Shown piece after piece: positions 10,101 through 20,961 of a DNA stretch of 63,089 nt (within the stretch, counting starts at the first letter, position 1; each line of letters starts with the position of its first letter). Under the pieces are notes generated by a model. It did not search any database. It saw only the letters and a list, made by a program, of their open reading frames with translations, and had not been told where the DNA came from. The translations under genes were made by a program, and so were the position numbers. Source of the DNA: Nemertoderma westbladi (taxonomy: Eukaryota > Animalia > Xenacoelomorpha); contig JAUCBJ010002818.1 of the NCBI GenBank assembly GCA_032718475.1, positions 1 to 63,089 on the forward strand, in the 5' to 3' direction.

Positions 10101-12500
10101 CGGCTCCTCAGCTCATTAGAACATGCTGCTTCTAGTGTTGGTCTTTTTATTAACTCCAGAAAGACCAAAATTCTGACAGTTAACTTTGAAAGTCCTCAGC
10201 AAGTCTCTGATCGGATGAGCATAAGCTCAAAGGATGGTATGCTTGAGCATGTGGACGACTTCTGTTACCTGGGATCATGGATCCGGAAGTCAGGTGAGGA
10301 CCTTCGAATACGTAAGGGAAAGGCATGGGCAGCCTTGAATAGGCTTTCCAAGATTTGGAAGTCACCTAGAATTAATCGGAAACTTAAGGTCCGATTATTT
10401 AGAGCAGCAGTAGTTCCAGTACTCCTCTACGGGAGTCCATGCTGGGCTCTAACTGGTGAGGACACCAAATCTCTGGATGGCACATTCACAAGAATGCTAC
10501 GCCGGGTACATTGTGTCAAGTACAATGCACACATCTCCAACCAGACACTATATAACATTGGAGGTGTCTCATTGGTTCCCCCAAGCTTGACACTAGAACA
10601 AAATCGCCTCCGCTTTGCAGGACATTGCTTTCGCCGTGAGGACCAGCCAGTGCATAATCTTGTACTTTGGCAGCCTCATGGAGTGAATAAGCATGGTGGA
10701 CAGCCCATGACTTTCTTGAGACGCATCTTAAAGGACACTGGCCTTAAAGATGCGGATGATCTAGCAAATGTCATGGGTGATAGGGAGTTGTGGCGGTGCA
10801 ATTTTGTTGACAAGCCGGCACAGCATTCTTAAAAATGCAGCTGCAATGCAGCATGCCGATCCTAGTAGTCGACTAAATCTAGGAGTTATGGATATAGGTT
10901 GGCATGGTAACATTGGTGTTACTGTTTGTTTTCCTACATTGTGAGACAATGTTGACCTTTTTGATGAATTTCGATTATTACATTTACTAGAAATCCATTG
11001 TTTTGGTTGCTCTCTGTTATTGTAATTCATTTCTACAATATCCGCTCTATTGTTACCACGTTCTACTTTATGATTGGGTATTACTGTTTTCGAATTATCA
11101 TCAATATTTTCTCCATCGAGACAAGAAATTTCTCGTAGCATTTCACCGGTTTCATCAAAAACACTAATTTGTGAAAACTGCGAATTCTTACGACTCCCCA
11201 TTCCGCCTAAAATAAGAATATAAAAGTTTAGAGCCTGAAAAATAATTTTTTTAATAATGCGGTCCAAAAATTTCACAGTTCACAATCTAAATCAGCCTTG
11301 GATAGATTTTCGTTTCTTTCAATTTCGGTTTTTACGTTTCGGAATGTCCATGACTGAACACCACGTTTCCTCTTGCCTGCCGCCTGCCATAGTAACTAGA
11401 TCATGCACACACTTTTCAACTGCAGTGACTGCAGGGTGGTGCTAGGTGGCGCTGGACTTTGGTAATAAGATTACACCAAGGCTCACTTTTTAAATGAGCG
11501 TTGCATTTTTCACCAAGAAACAACGTGCCTAACAAATAGCCAGAATTTGGGCCAATTTTAATAAATTATGTCGATAACAAAAAAATAAATCCTTTAAAAG
11601 ATAAATAATTCACAACAAAGATCTAATTAACTGAATTATCGCTGTCTAATAATTAAGTACAGTACAGTAAGTGTATTATATTTCACTTTGCAGTTTACCC
11701 TCACGTGAAGAATTCCAGGTTTTTATTATTTTATTTCTATGAAATTATTAAACACAAAATTTAAAAATAGTAAATTCTACAACGAATTTATTAGTTGGAA
11801 GGCAAATTGAGTACTGATAATATTCTAAGCAGTTAGGAAGGATGAATAACTCGATCCTGAGTTTCTATGGGAGAGGTAAACCTGATTTAATTGATTGCTG
11901 GATGTTGTGGAACTGCTGCACCTTCTACTCAACTCCAATTGTATCTCGGAACCGGATACATTGCTATTGTTTATGTAGGCTACCAGGCTGGTTGGGGAGG
12001 TGCGAATTAGCGAGTTAATATCAATCCCATCCAGACTCAATGGGCTGCAAGTGGTAAATATAAAGGGTGGTTACCATTTAATATTAATAATTTTTAAAAA
12101 TATTAAGTAAGAGTAGCCATGGGGGGGGGGGGGGGGGTGTGGTCAATGGACGCTATCAAAATCAATCCCTTGTCATTGACGCAAATAACAGCTGATTACC
12201 CTAAAAAATAAGATGCAACCTGTTATACTGACGTTTGAATTTTTGAAATAATTTGCAACTGGAGATTTCTCCGTTCATTAAATTCAAAATTTCGAGTTAT
12301 TATATACTTGACCCCCCCCCCCCCCCCCCCCAAGGTTTTTCTTACCTTATAGATAACGACCTCTTTCCCCTGCGAGATCTCTGCCCTGAGTTTGTAGGAG
12401 AACTGTCTTTGTTTTGGGAATCGGTCTCCAAGTTGATAGAACTCGTAGAATTTCTATGGCGTCTGGAATTGATAGATATTCGCCAATTAATATTTATTAT
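3965..12500 (-). CDS. GLIS3: GLIS1/GLIS3-family C2H2 zinc-finger transcription factor, multi-exon, interrupted by an RTE insertion
   Basis: Spliced translation gives [32 protein letters not shown], the GLIS3 N-terminal conserved region. It also gives five fingers [74 protein letters not shown] and [19 protein letters not shown] and PN-x-C point to GLIS1/3 rather than GLI or ZIC. The start codon was not located. Confidence 0.9.
5351..5588 (-). CDS. GLIS3: GLIS exon (C-terminal region)
   Basis: Acceptor ttgttatag|TTG, donor ACAG|gtaaga, open frame [10 protein letters not shown]...ASLST. Confidence 0.6.
5834..6045 (-). CDS. GLIS3: GLIS exon, end of ZF4 plus ZF5
   Basis: Acceptor ttttag|AT completes D of SSDRAKH and continues [27 protein letters not shown]. 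The donor position is uncertain (5864 or 5834). Confidence 0.85.
6521..6740 (+). mobile_element. tRNA-derived SINE with Nin-like central domain, in a GLIS intron
   Basis: B box ggttcgatgcc at ~6572. The segment ctttcatccttaagtgatcgataaatggaaacc resembles the Nin-domain core. A-rich tail. Confidence 0.5.
6776..6902 (-). CDS. GLIS3: GLIS exon, ZF3 and start of ZF4
   Basis: ttcag|GTTGAATCT...AGCTCAG|gtacgt, reading [42 protein letters not shown]. Confidence 0.9.
7085..7270 (-). CDS. GLIS3: GLIS exon, end of ZF1 and ZF2
   Basis: ttacag|CTATTT...TGCCCC|gtgagt, reading [16 protein letters not shown]...[35 protein letters not shown]. Confidence 0.9.
7762..7969 (-). repeat. 16-bp minisatellite, 13 copies, whose unit contains the splice donor CAG|GTGAGT
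   Basis: Plus-strand unit gctcactcacctggta at a 16-bp period from 7762. The last unit overlaps the exon end at 7964. Confidence 0.9.
7964..8489 (-). CDS. GLIS3: GLIS large exon, 3' part (contains TSD copy and start of ZF1)
   Basis: MLREISCL...[11 protein letters not shown]|gtgagt, in frame with the next exon. Confidence 0.85.
8213..8489. repeat. 277-bp target-site duplication, left copy
   Basis: Identical by eye to 10869-11145 (offset 2656). Confidence 0.9.
8490..10868 (+). mobile_element. RTE-clade non-LTR retrotransposon, 5'-truncated
   Basis: Open frame 8496-10832 holds the APE endonuclease C-end (WTH..QIDHIL..SDHRL) and RT motifs ([31 protein letters not shown]). Short 3' UTR ending in (TAG)2. 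Flanked by a long direct duplication. Confidence 0.93.
8496..10832 (+). CDS. RTE endonuclease (partial) / reverse transcriptase ORF
   Basis: Uninterrupted frame extending the 733-aa ORF upstream to 8496. Confidence 0.9.
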   Translation: MWTHSGPSGHKSQIDHILFRRKYRSSIQDCNAFTLRPFSSDHRLIVAKVRLSLRASRTTKPALPRHDWSSLLQQPSVRSSFTLQLSNRYEALASEAADHCEGYTAFTEAVKLAAAETVPVYPRNRKRAPWTDNKIQKCRNDLHKAQKESRLKQTTAAKNAVKAASRSLNRQYSVNLQELINQQVDAINDADDSRQSSQAWKSINLLTGRKSQPTTKVKAESPADRLNGWKAHFEKLLNNDRVLPDNFIEVKVSESVLPDIPIGDISFAEVKAAAKSIKTNRASGVDGVPPEVFKIPECLKLIYPIIVDMYRTTRVPQEMKTNKLVPVPKKGNLTLYGSFRGISLISIAAKLYNRILLNRIRDPIERLLRGNQNGFRKGRGTMEPILALRRIIEELSKKKDRHLAVIFVDFFKAFDSVSRSRMFSILSLYGIPDEIIAAIRSVYDGSTTFVSTVDGDTEPFEVLWGVLQGVTLAPFLFIIVVDYVLRMSLDHHNDDGVMITPPTGSRSRGNPAKYLTDLDFADDLGVLSESLEGAQRLLSSLEHAASSVGLFINSRKTKILTVNFESPQQVSDRMSISSKDGMLEHVDDFCYLGSWIRKSGEDLRIRKGKAWAALNRLSKIWKSPRINRKLKVRLFRAAVVPVLLYGSPCWALTGEDTKSLDGTFTRMLRRVHCVKYNAHISNQTLYNIGGVSLVPPSLTLEQNRLRFAGHCFRREDQPVHNLVLWQPHGVNKHGGQPMTFLRRILKDTGLKDADDLANVMGDRELWRCNFVDKPAQHS
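10869..11206 (-). CDS. GLIS3: GLIS large exon, 5' part (includes right TSD copy 10869-11145)
   Basis: Acceptor tttag|GCGGAATG. The frame runs into antisense RTE sequence and stops at 10761. Confidence 0.75.
11699..11736 (-). CDS. GLIS3: possible 38-nt GLIS micro-exon
   Basis: ttcatag|AAATAAAATA...CGTGAGG|gtaaac. Its phase-1 end matches the acceptor at 11206. Confidence 0.35.
11882..12044 (-). CDS. GLIS3: GLIS exon with the conserved [13 protein letters not shown] motif
   Basis: Acceptor cttgcag|CCCATTG in frame with the upstream exon. Donor position uncertain. Confidence 0.8.
12346..12500 (-). CDS. GLIS3: GLIS upstream exon ([11 protein letters not shown])
   Basis: Donor ATAAG|gtaaga. KRSLSIS+PLS matches the GLI/GLIS KRALS(I/L)SPLS motif. 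The 5' boundary is unclear. Confidence 0.7.
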
Positions 12501-13269
12501 AGCTGATACTGTATTACTTTTATTGTTTATTAATAAATATAATTAATAGCTCCAATATCTTCTAAGGGTGTCGATTGCATTTAACAATCGACAACAATCG
12601 ATAATAATCAACTAAGGAAGGTCGACGACTTCCTGTACCTTGGATCATGGATAGAGGGTAGCAAGTGGCTGGTTGCGAGAAAAGGGACCTGGGGAAAAAA
12701 TGTTCATTCTGAGAAAAACTCGTTTAAAGTTTGGCTCTTAAAATCTACTGTTTTAATTGGTTTATTGGTCGTTATTGGGGTGTTTGCATTGGTTTATTGG
12801 TCGTTATTGGGTTTTATTAGAGCGAAATTCAAACTGTATTATAAGTAGTATAAGAAGCTAGCCTCTCGTATCAAGGTCACCCGTAGCCCATCATTACCGT
12901 CCATTTCTAGTACTGCATCCAATCAGAAGCCACCATTTCAACCTTTAGCAATGGTCGTTATTATTTCAACCAATCAGATGATAGCATTTCATTCGTAACC
13001 ATGGTAACTTCTCAAGTTCCCGCTTATTCCACTAGAGGCGTTATTAGTCACCCAACGCTAGTACTGCATCCAATCACCAACCTTTATTTTACAGGTGTTC
13101 GGGTGTCTACACTTAGCATCAGGTAACTTCTACTATTTTTCAAATCGCAATTTTTCACCAACCTTTATTTTACAGATGCTAGAGGTGTCTACAGGTAACT
13201 TCTACTATTTTTCAAATCGCTATTTTTCACCAGTAACTAGATTTAATTTTGCAATTTTTCAGATAACAA

Positions 13270-13350
13270 AATATTCAACAGGGTTCGAACTCGGGACCGT
13301 TATAACTCCTCACAACTCACCACTCACTCTCCCATTCAACCACGAGAGAA
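13270..13350 (-). ncRNA. Pol III (type 2)-like small RNA cassette in the element arm; mirror copy ~36385-36465
   Basis: Minus strand: A box TGGTTGAATGG, B box GAGTTCGAACCC, then TTTT. The mirror copy has a mutated B box (gtttgaacc). Confidence 0.35.
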
Positions 13351-14429
13351 CAAGGCGTCAAATGTTCGAGTTATAGCTATTGAATGCCAAGTAATAATTA
13401 TTCAATATCGATTTATTCATCATAACTGGTCGCAGATGTTTACAAATAGCTTGTAGCTTGTGGTAGTATCAATTATAAATTATTGTTCATTGAATTCTAT
13501 ACTATAGCATATGTTACCAACGAGATCCAATTATTCTAATGATTTCGATAGCATAAAATGCATATTAATTAATACGAAATACATCTAACTAATAATAATA
13601 ATCTACTTGTTCTACATACATTATCAGTACAATATTGACAGGTTAATTACGTTTGAATGTAAGATGGAATGATAATTAATGTTTAGATGTAGGGTATTGA
13701 TTGTTGTGAGTATGTGCTAGATATAGTAGTAATAGTGTTATTCGGTATGTAACATTATGAAACAATGTCTCATGTATACACTGTAGTGTTGCAACTATGT
13801 GTAGGTAAGTCAATGTGTCAGTTTTAATATAGTACATTAAATTTTTTATAATATATTGGTTCTACAGAGTGATGCTGGGTTTTAGCACTATTAATGTGAC
13901 ATTTTTTTATTGCGAAATTAGATTCACTGAAAAATTACATGAATAAACTTTGCGAGACATTCCTTAACTATTCTTTGACAACAATTAATTGTCTATCTAT
14001 CTATTTTGAGTGAAAAATGTGAAAATTAAAATGCAAGTCTTAAAACTGAGTAAGTACTGTTATATTTATTTAAAAATATGAAATTTCTTCAGTAAATGCG
14101 AGACTGCTGTAATCATCTATTTTTTTAGTAAAATATAATAAACTTACAGTATATATGTTGAAAACCAAGCATCATGCTACACAAAAAATATTAACTTAAA
14201 ATTCTTCACAAACTTATTAACTGAAAACAGTATCTAGCATATATCCAACGTTTAATTTTACAATTTTTTTAGTCAGAGGTAGATTCACTGACATTGTTCT
14301 AGAACTTAATAGAATTTGCTGTCATGTTACAGATCATCCTTCATATGCTGCCTATGGTGACTGATTTCACTTCTCTGCAAAATATTACACGTATTTCCGA
14401 CATCTTTGAAATTTAGGTCTCCAGTTGTG

Positions 14430-15900
14430 ATACTCGGAGCCAGCTTAAAAACGATTCCTAACCATATGACTTCTGTTGGATCGATTGTAATACCTGTTGT
14501 CATAGGTTATGTCACATGGGTCATTACTGGGGTACGAGGTATGTTCAGATTGTTCTTTTAGATGAGGGTTTGGGAAGTGTTGATGTGGATAATCGTGTCT
14601 ACTCACTTTGTGCTTCTGATACTGCTGGTATGTTTGACTTTAGTGTCGAGATGGTTCTGGGGTATGTCTCCAAGAGTTCCACACATACTCCGTATGCCTA
14701 ATATTATCTTGCGGGATAGATTTATATTGATTACGATTATAGTTGGCTTTATTGTTATTGTGCCAGTATGAATCCCTAGAGGTTTTGTAGTGTAGATCAA
14801 ACCCTTTATTATTTCGCTTCATATCTGTGCTGCTTCTACTGCTTCCGTTTGTTGGAAGGGGTGCTTCGTTGGGTTTCTAGTTCGTATCTCGTTTGATGTT
14901 GCTTATAGTTGTTATGTTCATTCTTGCTACTATTTTGTGATTTTCTTAGATTGACAGTTTCTTTGGAAACATTATTTAGATTCGCCAAGAAATCAGTCTG
15001 TTGTTGTAGAAGTATGGCAATTTTGGTATCATTATCTAGTTCACTATATTTGTTTTCAGTCTTAATGTTGTGCTGCATCTGGATCTTTGATTTGAAGGTT
15101 GGTTTGGCAGGTCTTTTTGGTTCTTGCCAAGTGTCATTGTTTTTGAGGACTTGTTCTAGAGTAGAGGGAAATTTCACTGATGTGTTTGTGATTATTACAG
15201 AGTCTTTTCTTATGTTTGTTGGTACCTGACTTCCTTGCAGGGATTCACCTTTCTTTTCCTTTATGCTGTATGAGTAAGTAGGATTCATTTCAGTTTCATT
15301 TGGATTGTCTGATATATTATCTACTGTTATATACTCATCAGTCTCTGATGGTGAAGATATGTCAGTTGTACATGTTATGGGCTTCTAGATATATCAGTTG
15401 TAGAAGTTGTGGACTTTTTCTAAGCCAAGTGGCACTAGGGACCTAGCAAAAATTTATTTTGGATTTTGCATGATGCTCTCCACCCTGGCTGCTTAAATGA
15501 ATTCATCTGATGTCATAGCTTTGCTGAGTTTTGTCAGAGTCATATTCATTGCCTCTGTTGATGTTTCCTTTGGTTGTGTCTTCGGGGAATTCATAGTGGG
15601 ATTCCTCGGATTTGGTTCTTGATATATAAACTGCTGCCTGAGCCTAATATTATTATGTGCTTCACTGTCACAGCCGATTTCAATAGCAACAGGCTTTGTG
15701 CAGGGAAGGTTATCTAATGAATTGGTGCGTCGATGATTGCGTTTGTTTATCTTGCTGGCCTTTCTAGTGTTATGATGTTCCATTCCCTTCTTTTGGGAAG
15801 CAGATTGAGAAGTGTATACTGGTTGTGTAATTCGAAAATATTTCATACATGTTCTTAGCCACCCAGTTTCGAACAGCTATGCTTCTCTCCTTGGGATTGA
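14430..15900 (-). pseudogene. broken coding-like remnant, possibly LINE ORF1; mirrored at ~33830-35300 (+)
   Basis: Fragmented ORFs (150 aa, 117 aa) with a WQEPKR...IKTENKYSEL segment reminiscent of non-LTR ORF1 proteins. Confidence 0.3.
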
Positions 15901-17090
15901 TTGGAGGGCAAGATGAATGGCTTTTCAAGAAGAATGAATTTTTTTGGCTTATGAAATTTCTTCAGTAAATGCGAGACTGTCGTAATCATCTATTTTTTTA
16001 GTAAAAAATAATAAACTTACAGTATATATGTTGAAAACCAAACATCACGCTACAGAAAAAATATTAACTTAAAATTTTTCACAAACTTATTAACTGAAAA
16101 CAGTATCTAGCATATATCCAACGTTTAATTTTACATTTTTTTTTAGTCAAAGGTAGATTCACTGACATTGTTCTAGAACTTAATAGAAATCTGAGCTAGA
16201 CATTGAAGCACTATCTTAAGGTAGGTGTGACAATGTGTGAAATATATTTCATGTATTATGATCAAGTGAGATATTGTTATGATTATAAAAGCTAGCATGT
16301 TTGTTTAGTTAATAAAATAAGGTTTTAATAGTTAATAATAATAATTAATTCAATAAGGTTATGAAGTCATATTATAAGATTATAAGGTTATAAGATCATT
16401 CCATAATCGATACACAAATAGTATGTTACAACTGGAAATACAAGTGTTAACTACAGTACATTGTTGTATGATATGTTGTATCCTGGAAAATAAATAATCA
16501 ACACACAGGAAGATGTTCTATTTACACCACCTAGAGAAATGAATAATTTGGCAATTATCAAAGATGAAATACACTCTGCTCCCGCTGGGTGGCTTTATCC
16601 TGAATAAATTTAGAAACGCCTTCAAAGGGAAAATGAATCATCTACCTTTGAATAAAATAAAAAAATGTTAAATTTAATGTTGCCTATATGCTAGATACTG
16701 TTTTCAGTTAATAAGTTTGTGAAGAATTTTAAGTAAATAGTATACAAGTTAATATTGTTTCTATAGGGTGATGTTTGGTTTTAAACATATATACTGTAAG
16801 ATTATTATTTTTTAATAAAAAAAATAGGTGATTACAACAGTCTCGCATTTACTGACGAAATTTTATATTTTTAAATAAATATAACAGTACTTACTCAGTT
16901 TTAAGGCTTACATTTTAATTTTCACATTTTTTACTCCAAATAGATAGATAGACAGTTTGTTGTCAAAGAATAGTTGAGGAATGTCTTGCAAAGTTTATTC
17001 ATGGAATTTTTCAGTGAATCTAATATCGCAATAAAAAAAATGTCAAATTAATAGTGCTAAAACCCAGCATCACTCTGTAGAAACAATATA

Positions 17091-18282
17091 TTATAAAAAA
17101 TTTAATATTGTTACCAAACGACCATACAAGTAATGGTGGAAATGTTGACAAGCCCAGTTTAGAGCCCACAACACCAAGTGTGGTACATCATATTGCTGTT
17201 GATCATTGTTTATATGTTTTGATGCATAAGCAATAATGAGGTGTAATTTGTTGTCAATGGTGCTAATCTGTGAAAGTATGGCGGTGAAACCATTGCCACT
17301 TGCATCAGTTTCAAGTACAAATTCTTTGTTGAAGTGCGGGTATTGTAAAACCGGTGTAGTGATCTCTATATGACATCGAGATCTGTCAATAGCCGGTAGC
17401 CAAATCAAGTGTTGAGATATATTTCGAGGGCTGTTGTAAATCGTCTAATATATCATCAATATGTGGTAGTGGGTAGTTATCCTTAACAGTGATACTGTTC
17501 AGCTTCCTGTAATCGACACAAAAGTGTGGAGTGCCATCTGACTTCTTAGCTAATAGTACAGGAGAAGACAAGGGACTTTGTGATGGTTGTATAATACTGA
17601 ATTTCACCGTTTTGTCAATTTCATTGGCAATTACTGTTTTAAAGAGTGTGAGGTGTTCTCTTAATTGCAATATTAGTACCAGTATCGATTGAATGTTCTG
17701 CTAATTCCATTCTACCAAGCTCATCATCTGATAGTTGAAGCACTTCATTGTATTCTTTTAATACAGTAAATTGCTGTAACTTAAGCAATTTTTCTTTCTC
17801 TTCTATGGTTAGGTCTGTATCTGATAGATCAACTTGCTCTGTATAATATTATGTCTCTCATTGACATCAGTAACCAATGAAACATTACTTTCTCCTATCT
17901 CAATTATTGTTTCCTCTTCATTTTTGTTATCATTCAAAGATAGATCCAATGTTCTCAATTTTTGTACATTGGTCTATTATCAATCCCTCTGGTATTGACT
18001 TATGTAAAGAATCTAAATTTAGTACACCGAGCATGCTATAACCATCAGTTTCAACTTCGTGTACCGAATCTGTGATACTACTACTACTTGGTTGAGCGAA
18101 CTCAGACAGTGGAAATGAGATCCTTCCAGGCTTCCCGATTCTCCATATTTGTCACAATTTCGTTTCTCCCAAGTTCAGTATCCCTTTCAAGTTGATCTAT
18201 ATATGTTATGGCCGGTCATCCACGACTACGCTTTCCAAGAGTTGGTTGCTAGAGAAGTAGATCTAGTTTGACCTCGTCTTTA
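17091..18282 (-). pseudogene. Gypsy pol remnant (RT N-half fused by deletion to RNase H)
   Basis: IIQPSQSPLSSPVLLAKKSDGTPHFCVDYRKLN...LDLATGY and PVLQYPHFNKEFVLETDASGNG, with frameshifts. Confidence 0.85.
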
Positions 18283-19543
18283 CTAGAAAGGCATTTCCTA
18301 AAGGAAATGCAACCACGAAGCTAAGGAAAATTAAACAAAGGGCCACAATTTGGTTTGTTGCTTAACCTAGTTCATTTGCCAATAAATAACTTATATTCCC
18401 ATGGAAACTAGAGTTCTCTGGAACTGTTGGTTTTACCTTTGAAAAAAGATTCAGTCCAGATTGTGGTTCAGATAACACATACCAAGTTTCAGAAAATATT
18501 GTAGTTTATGTCCAAATTACCGATTTTATATCAAAATGCATCTGTTTGCAGTGGTTGTCATGAGAACTGAAAAATAGATCAATGTAACTCGGATGCAGAA
18601 TAAGTCATATAGTGGGGGTAGGTCTTGGTCCCAAGTCATAATACTATTTAATTGTGCATCAAATTATCATTTTATAAATTTTAACATCTGTTTAGTCTTG
18701 TTGCTATGGTAACTGGATTGTGTAATTAACCTCGAACGGCTTGTATATGGACCTTATAGATGAGTTGCAAAACCCCAAATTTATATATATTACATCATTT
18801 TGCTAGAAATAGTGTATTGAATTTAGACTTGAATGATATAGACTTTAATAAACTCCAGTTACCATGGTAACTATATATTTCTGGAATGTTTGAGTTTCAC
18901 TAAAAGTTCCAACTAGTGGTCCAGTAACACATACCCATTTTCATAAAATTTTATAATGAAGTCTATGTCCAAATGAGTAATTTTTGCATAGAAACATCTG
19001 TTTTCAGCGGTTGTCATGGTAACTGCAAAATTAAACAATGAAATTCGGACGCAGAATAAGTTATATAGTGGGGGTAGGGGTTGGTCCCAAGACATAACAC
19101 CTTAACCTTAGGCTTCAAATTAACATTTTATAAATTTTAACATCTGTTTAGCCCGGTTGCCAAGGTAACTGGATTTTCTATTCAACCTCAATCGGCTCTG
19201 CTGCGGACCTTATAGTTGAGTTGAGAAACCCCAAGTTTATATCTATTATAGTTTTCCTACAAATAGAGTTATAAATATTGACTTGAAATACATAGACTTT
19301 TTTCTAAGTCCGTTGCCATGGAAACCAGATTTTTCCTGGATATGAGACCCATCCCACACGACGCGCCTTGATGAGTAGTATATACATGCAAAATTTCAGG
19401 GTACTTTTAAAGGCTAGTTTTTTCACCGGTCAAAAAACACTAAATCTGCCTCACACAAGTAAAATAGCCCACTATGAATAGACCATCTCAGCTAAGGAAA
19501 ATCTTTCTTAGCGAAAGTAGTTGATTTTCCTTAACTTCGTGTA
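18283..19543 (-). mobile_element. non-autonomous Helitron-like element, copy 1
   Basis: Minus strand 3' hairpin GCATTTCC-TTTA-GGAAATGC followed by CTTTCTAG. Subterminal inverted repeats. No TSD against the empty site in the right arm. Confidence 0.8.
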
Positions 19544-19688
19544 CTTCGCCAGCAGTGCCCACTGAATCTTAATCTGCGTTCACGGAGGGTGGTTGATACA
19601 GGTGGTATGAATGTTAAATTTAATGTTGCCTATATGCTAGATACTGTTTTCAGTTAATAAGTTTGTGAATAATTTTAAGTAAATAGTA

Positions 19689-20959
19689 CTAGAAAGGCAT
19701 TTCCTAAAGGAAATGCAACCACGAAGCTAAGGAAAATTAAACAAAGGGCCACAATTTGGTTTGTTGCTTAGCCTAGTTTAGTAGCATTTGCCAATAAATA
19801 ACTTATATTCCCATGGAAACTAGAATTCTCTGGAACTGTTGGTTTTACCTTTGAAAAAAGATTCAGTCCAGATTGTGGTTCAGATGACACATATACCGAG
19901 TTTCAGAAATTATTGTAGTTTATGCCCAAATTACCGATTTTCTATCAAAATGCATCTGTTTGCAGTGGTTGTCATGGAAACTGAAAAATAGAACAATGTA
20001 ATTCGGATGCAGAATAAGTCATATAGTGGGGGTAGGTCTTGGTCCCAAGTCATAATACTATTAACTTGTGTTTAAAATTATCATTTTAGAAATTTTAACA
20101 TCTGTTTAGTCTTGTTGCTATGGTAATTGGATTGTGTAATTAACCTCGAATGGATTGTATTATGGCCTTACAGATGAGTTGCAAAACCCCAAATTTATAT
20201 TTATTACATTATTTTGCTACAAATAGAGTATTGAATTTAGACTTGAATGATATAGACTTTAATAAACTCCAGGTACCTTGGTAACAAGATATTTCTGGAA
20301 CGTTTTCAGTTTCACTAAAAGTTCCAACTAATGGTCCAGATAACACATTCCCAGTTTCGTAAAATTTTATCGCGAAGTCTATGTCCAAATGAGTTATTTT
20401 TGTATAAAAACATCTGTTTTCAGCGGTTGTCATGGTAACTGCAAAATTAAAGAATGAAATTCGGACGCAGAATAAGTCATATAGTGGGGGTAGGGGTTGG
20501 TCCCAAGACATAACACCTTGCCCTTATGCCTCAAATTAACATTTTATAAATTTTAACATCTGTTTAGCCCGGTTGCCAAGGTAACTGGATTTTCTATTCA
20601 ACCTCAATCGGCTCTGCTGCGGACCTTATAGTTGAGTTGAGAAACCCCAAGTTTATATCTATTATAGTTTTCCTACAAATAGAGTTATAAATATTGACTT
20701 GAAATACATAGACTTTTTTCTAAGTCCGTTGCCATGGAAACCAGATTTTTCCTGGATATGAGACCCATCCCACACGACGCGCCTTGATGAGTAGTATATA
20801 CATGCAAAATTTCAGGGTACTTTTAAAGGCTAGTTTTTTCCCCGGTCAAAAAACACTAAATCTGCCTCACACAAGTAAAATAGCCCACTATGAATAGACC
20901 ATCTCAGCTAAGGAAAATCTTTCTTAGCGAAAGTAGTTGATTTTCCTTAACTTCGTGGA
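19689..20959 (-). mobile_element. non-autonomous Helitron-like element, copy 2
   Basis: TC...CTAG ends, A|T insertion site. Confidence 0.8.
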
Positions 20960-20961
20960 TA

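Noticed and set aside
8921-10365. Antisense and alternate-frame ORFs within the RTE
   Set aside because: Shadows of the RT reading frame.
3965-12500. GLI/Ci or ZIC identity
   Set aside because: [17 protein letters not shown] and [13 protein letters not shown] match GLIS1/3. GLI has FKAQYML.
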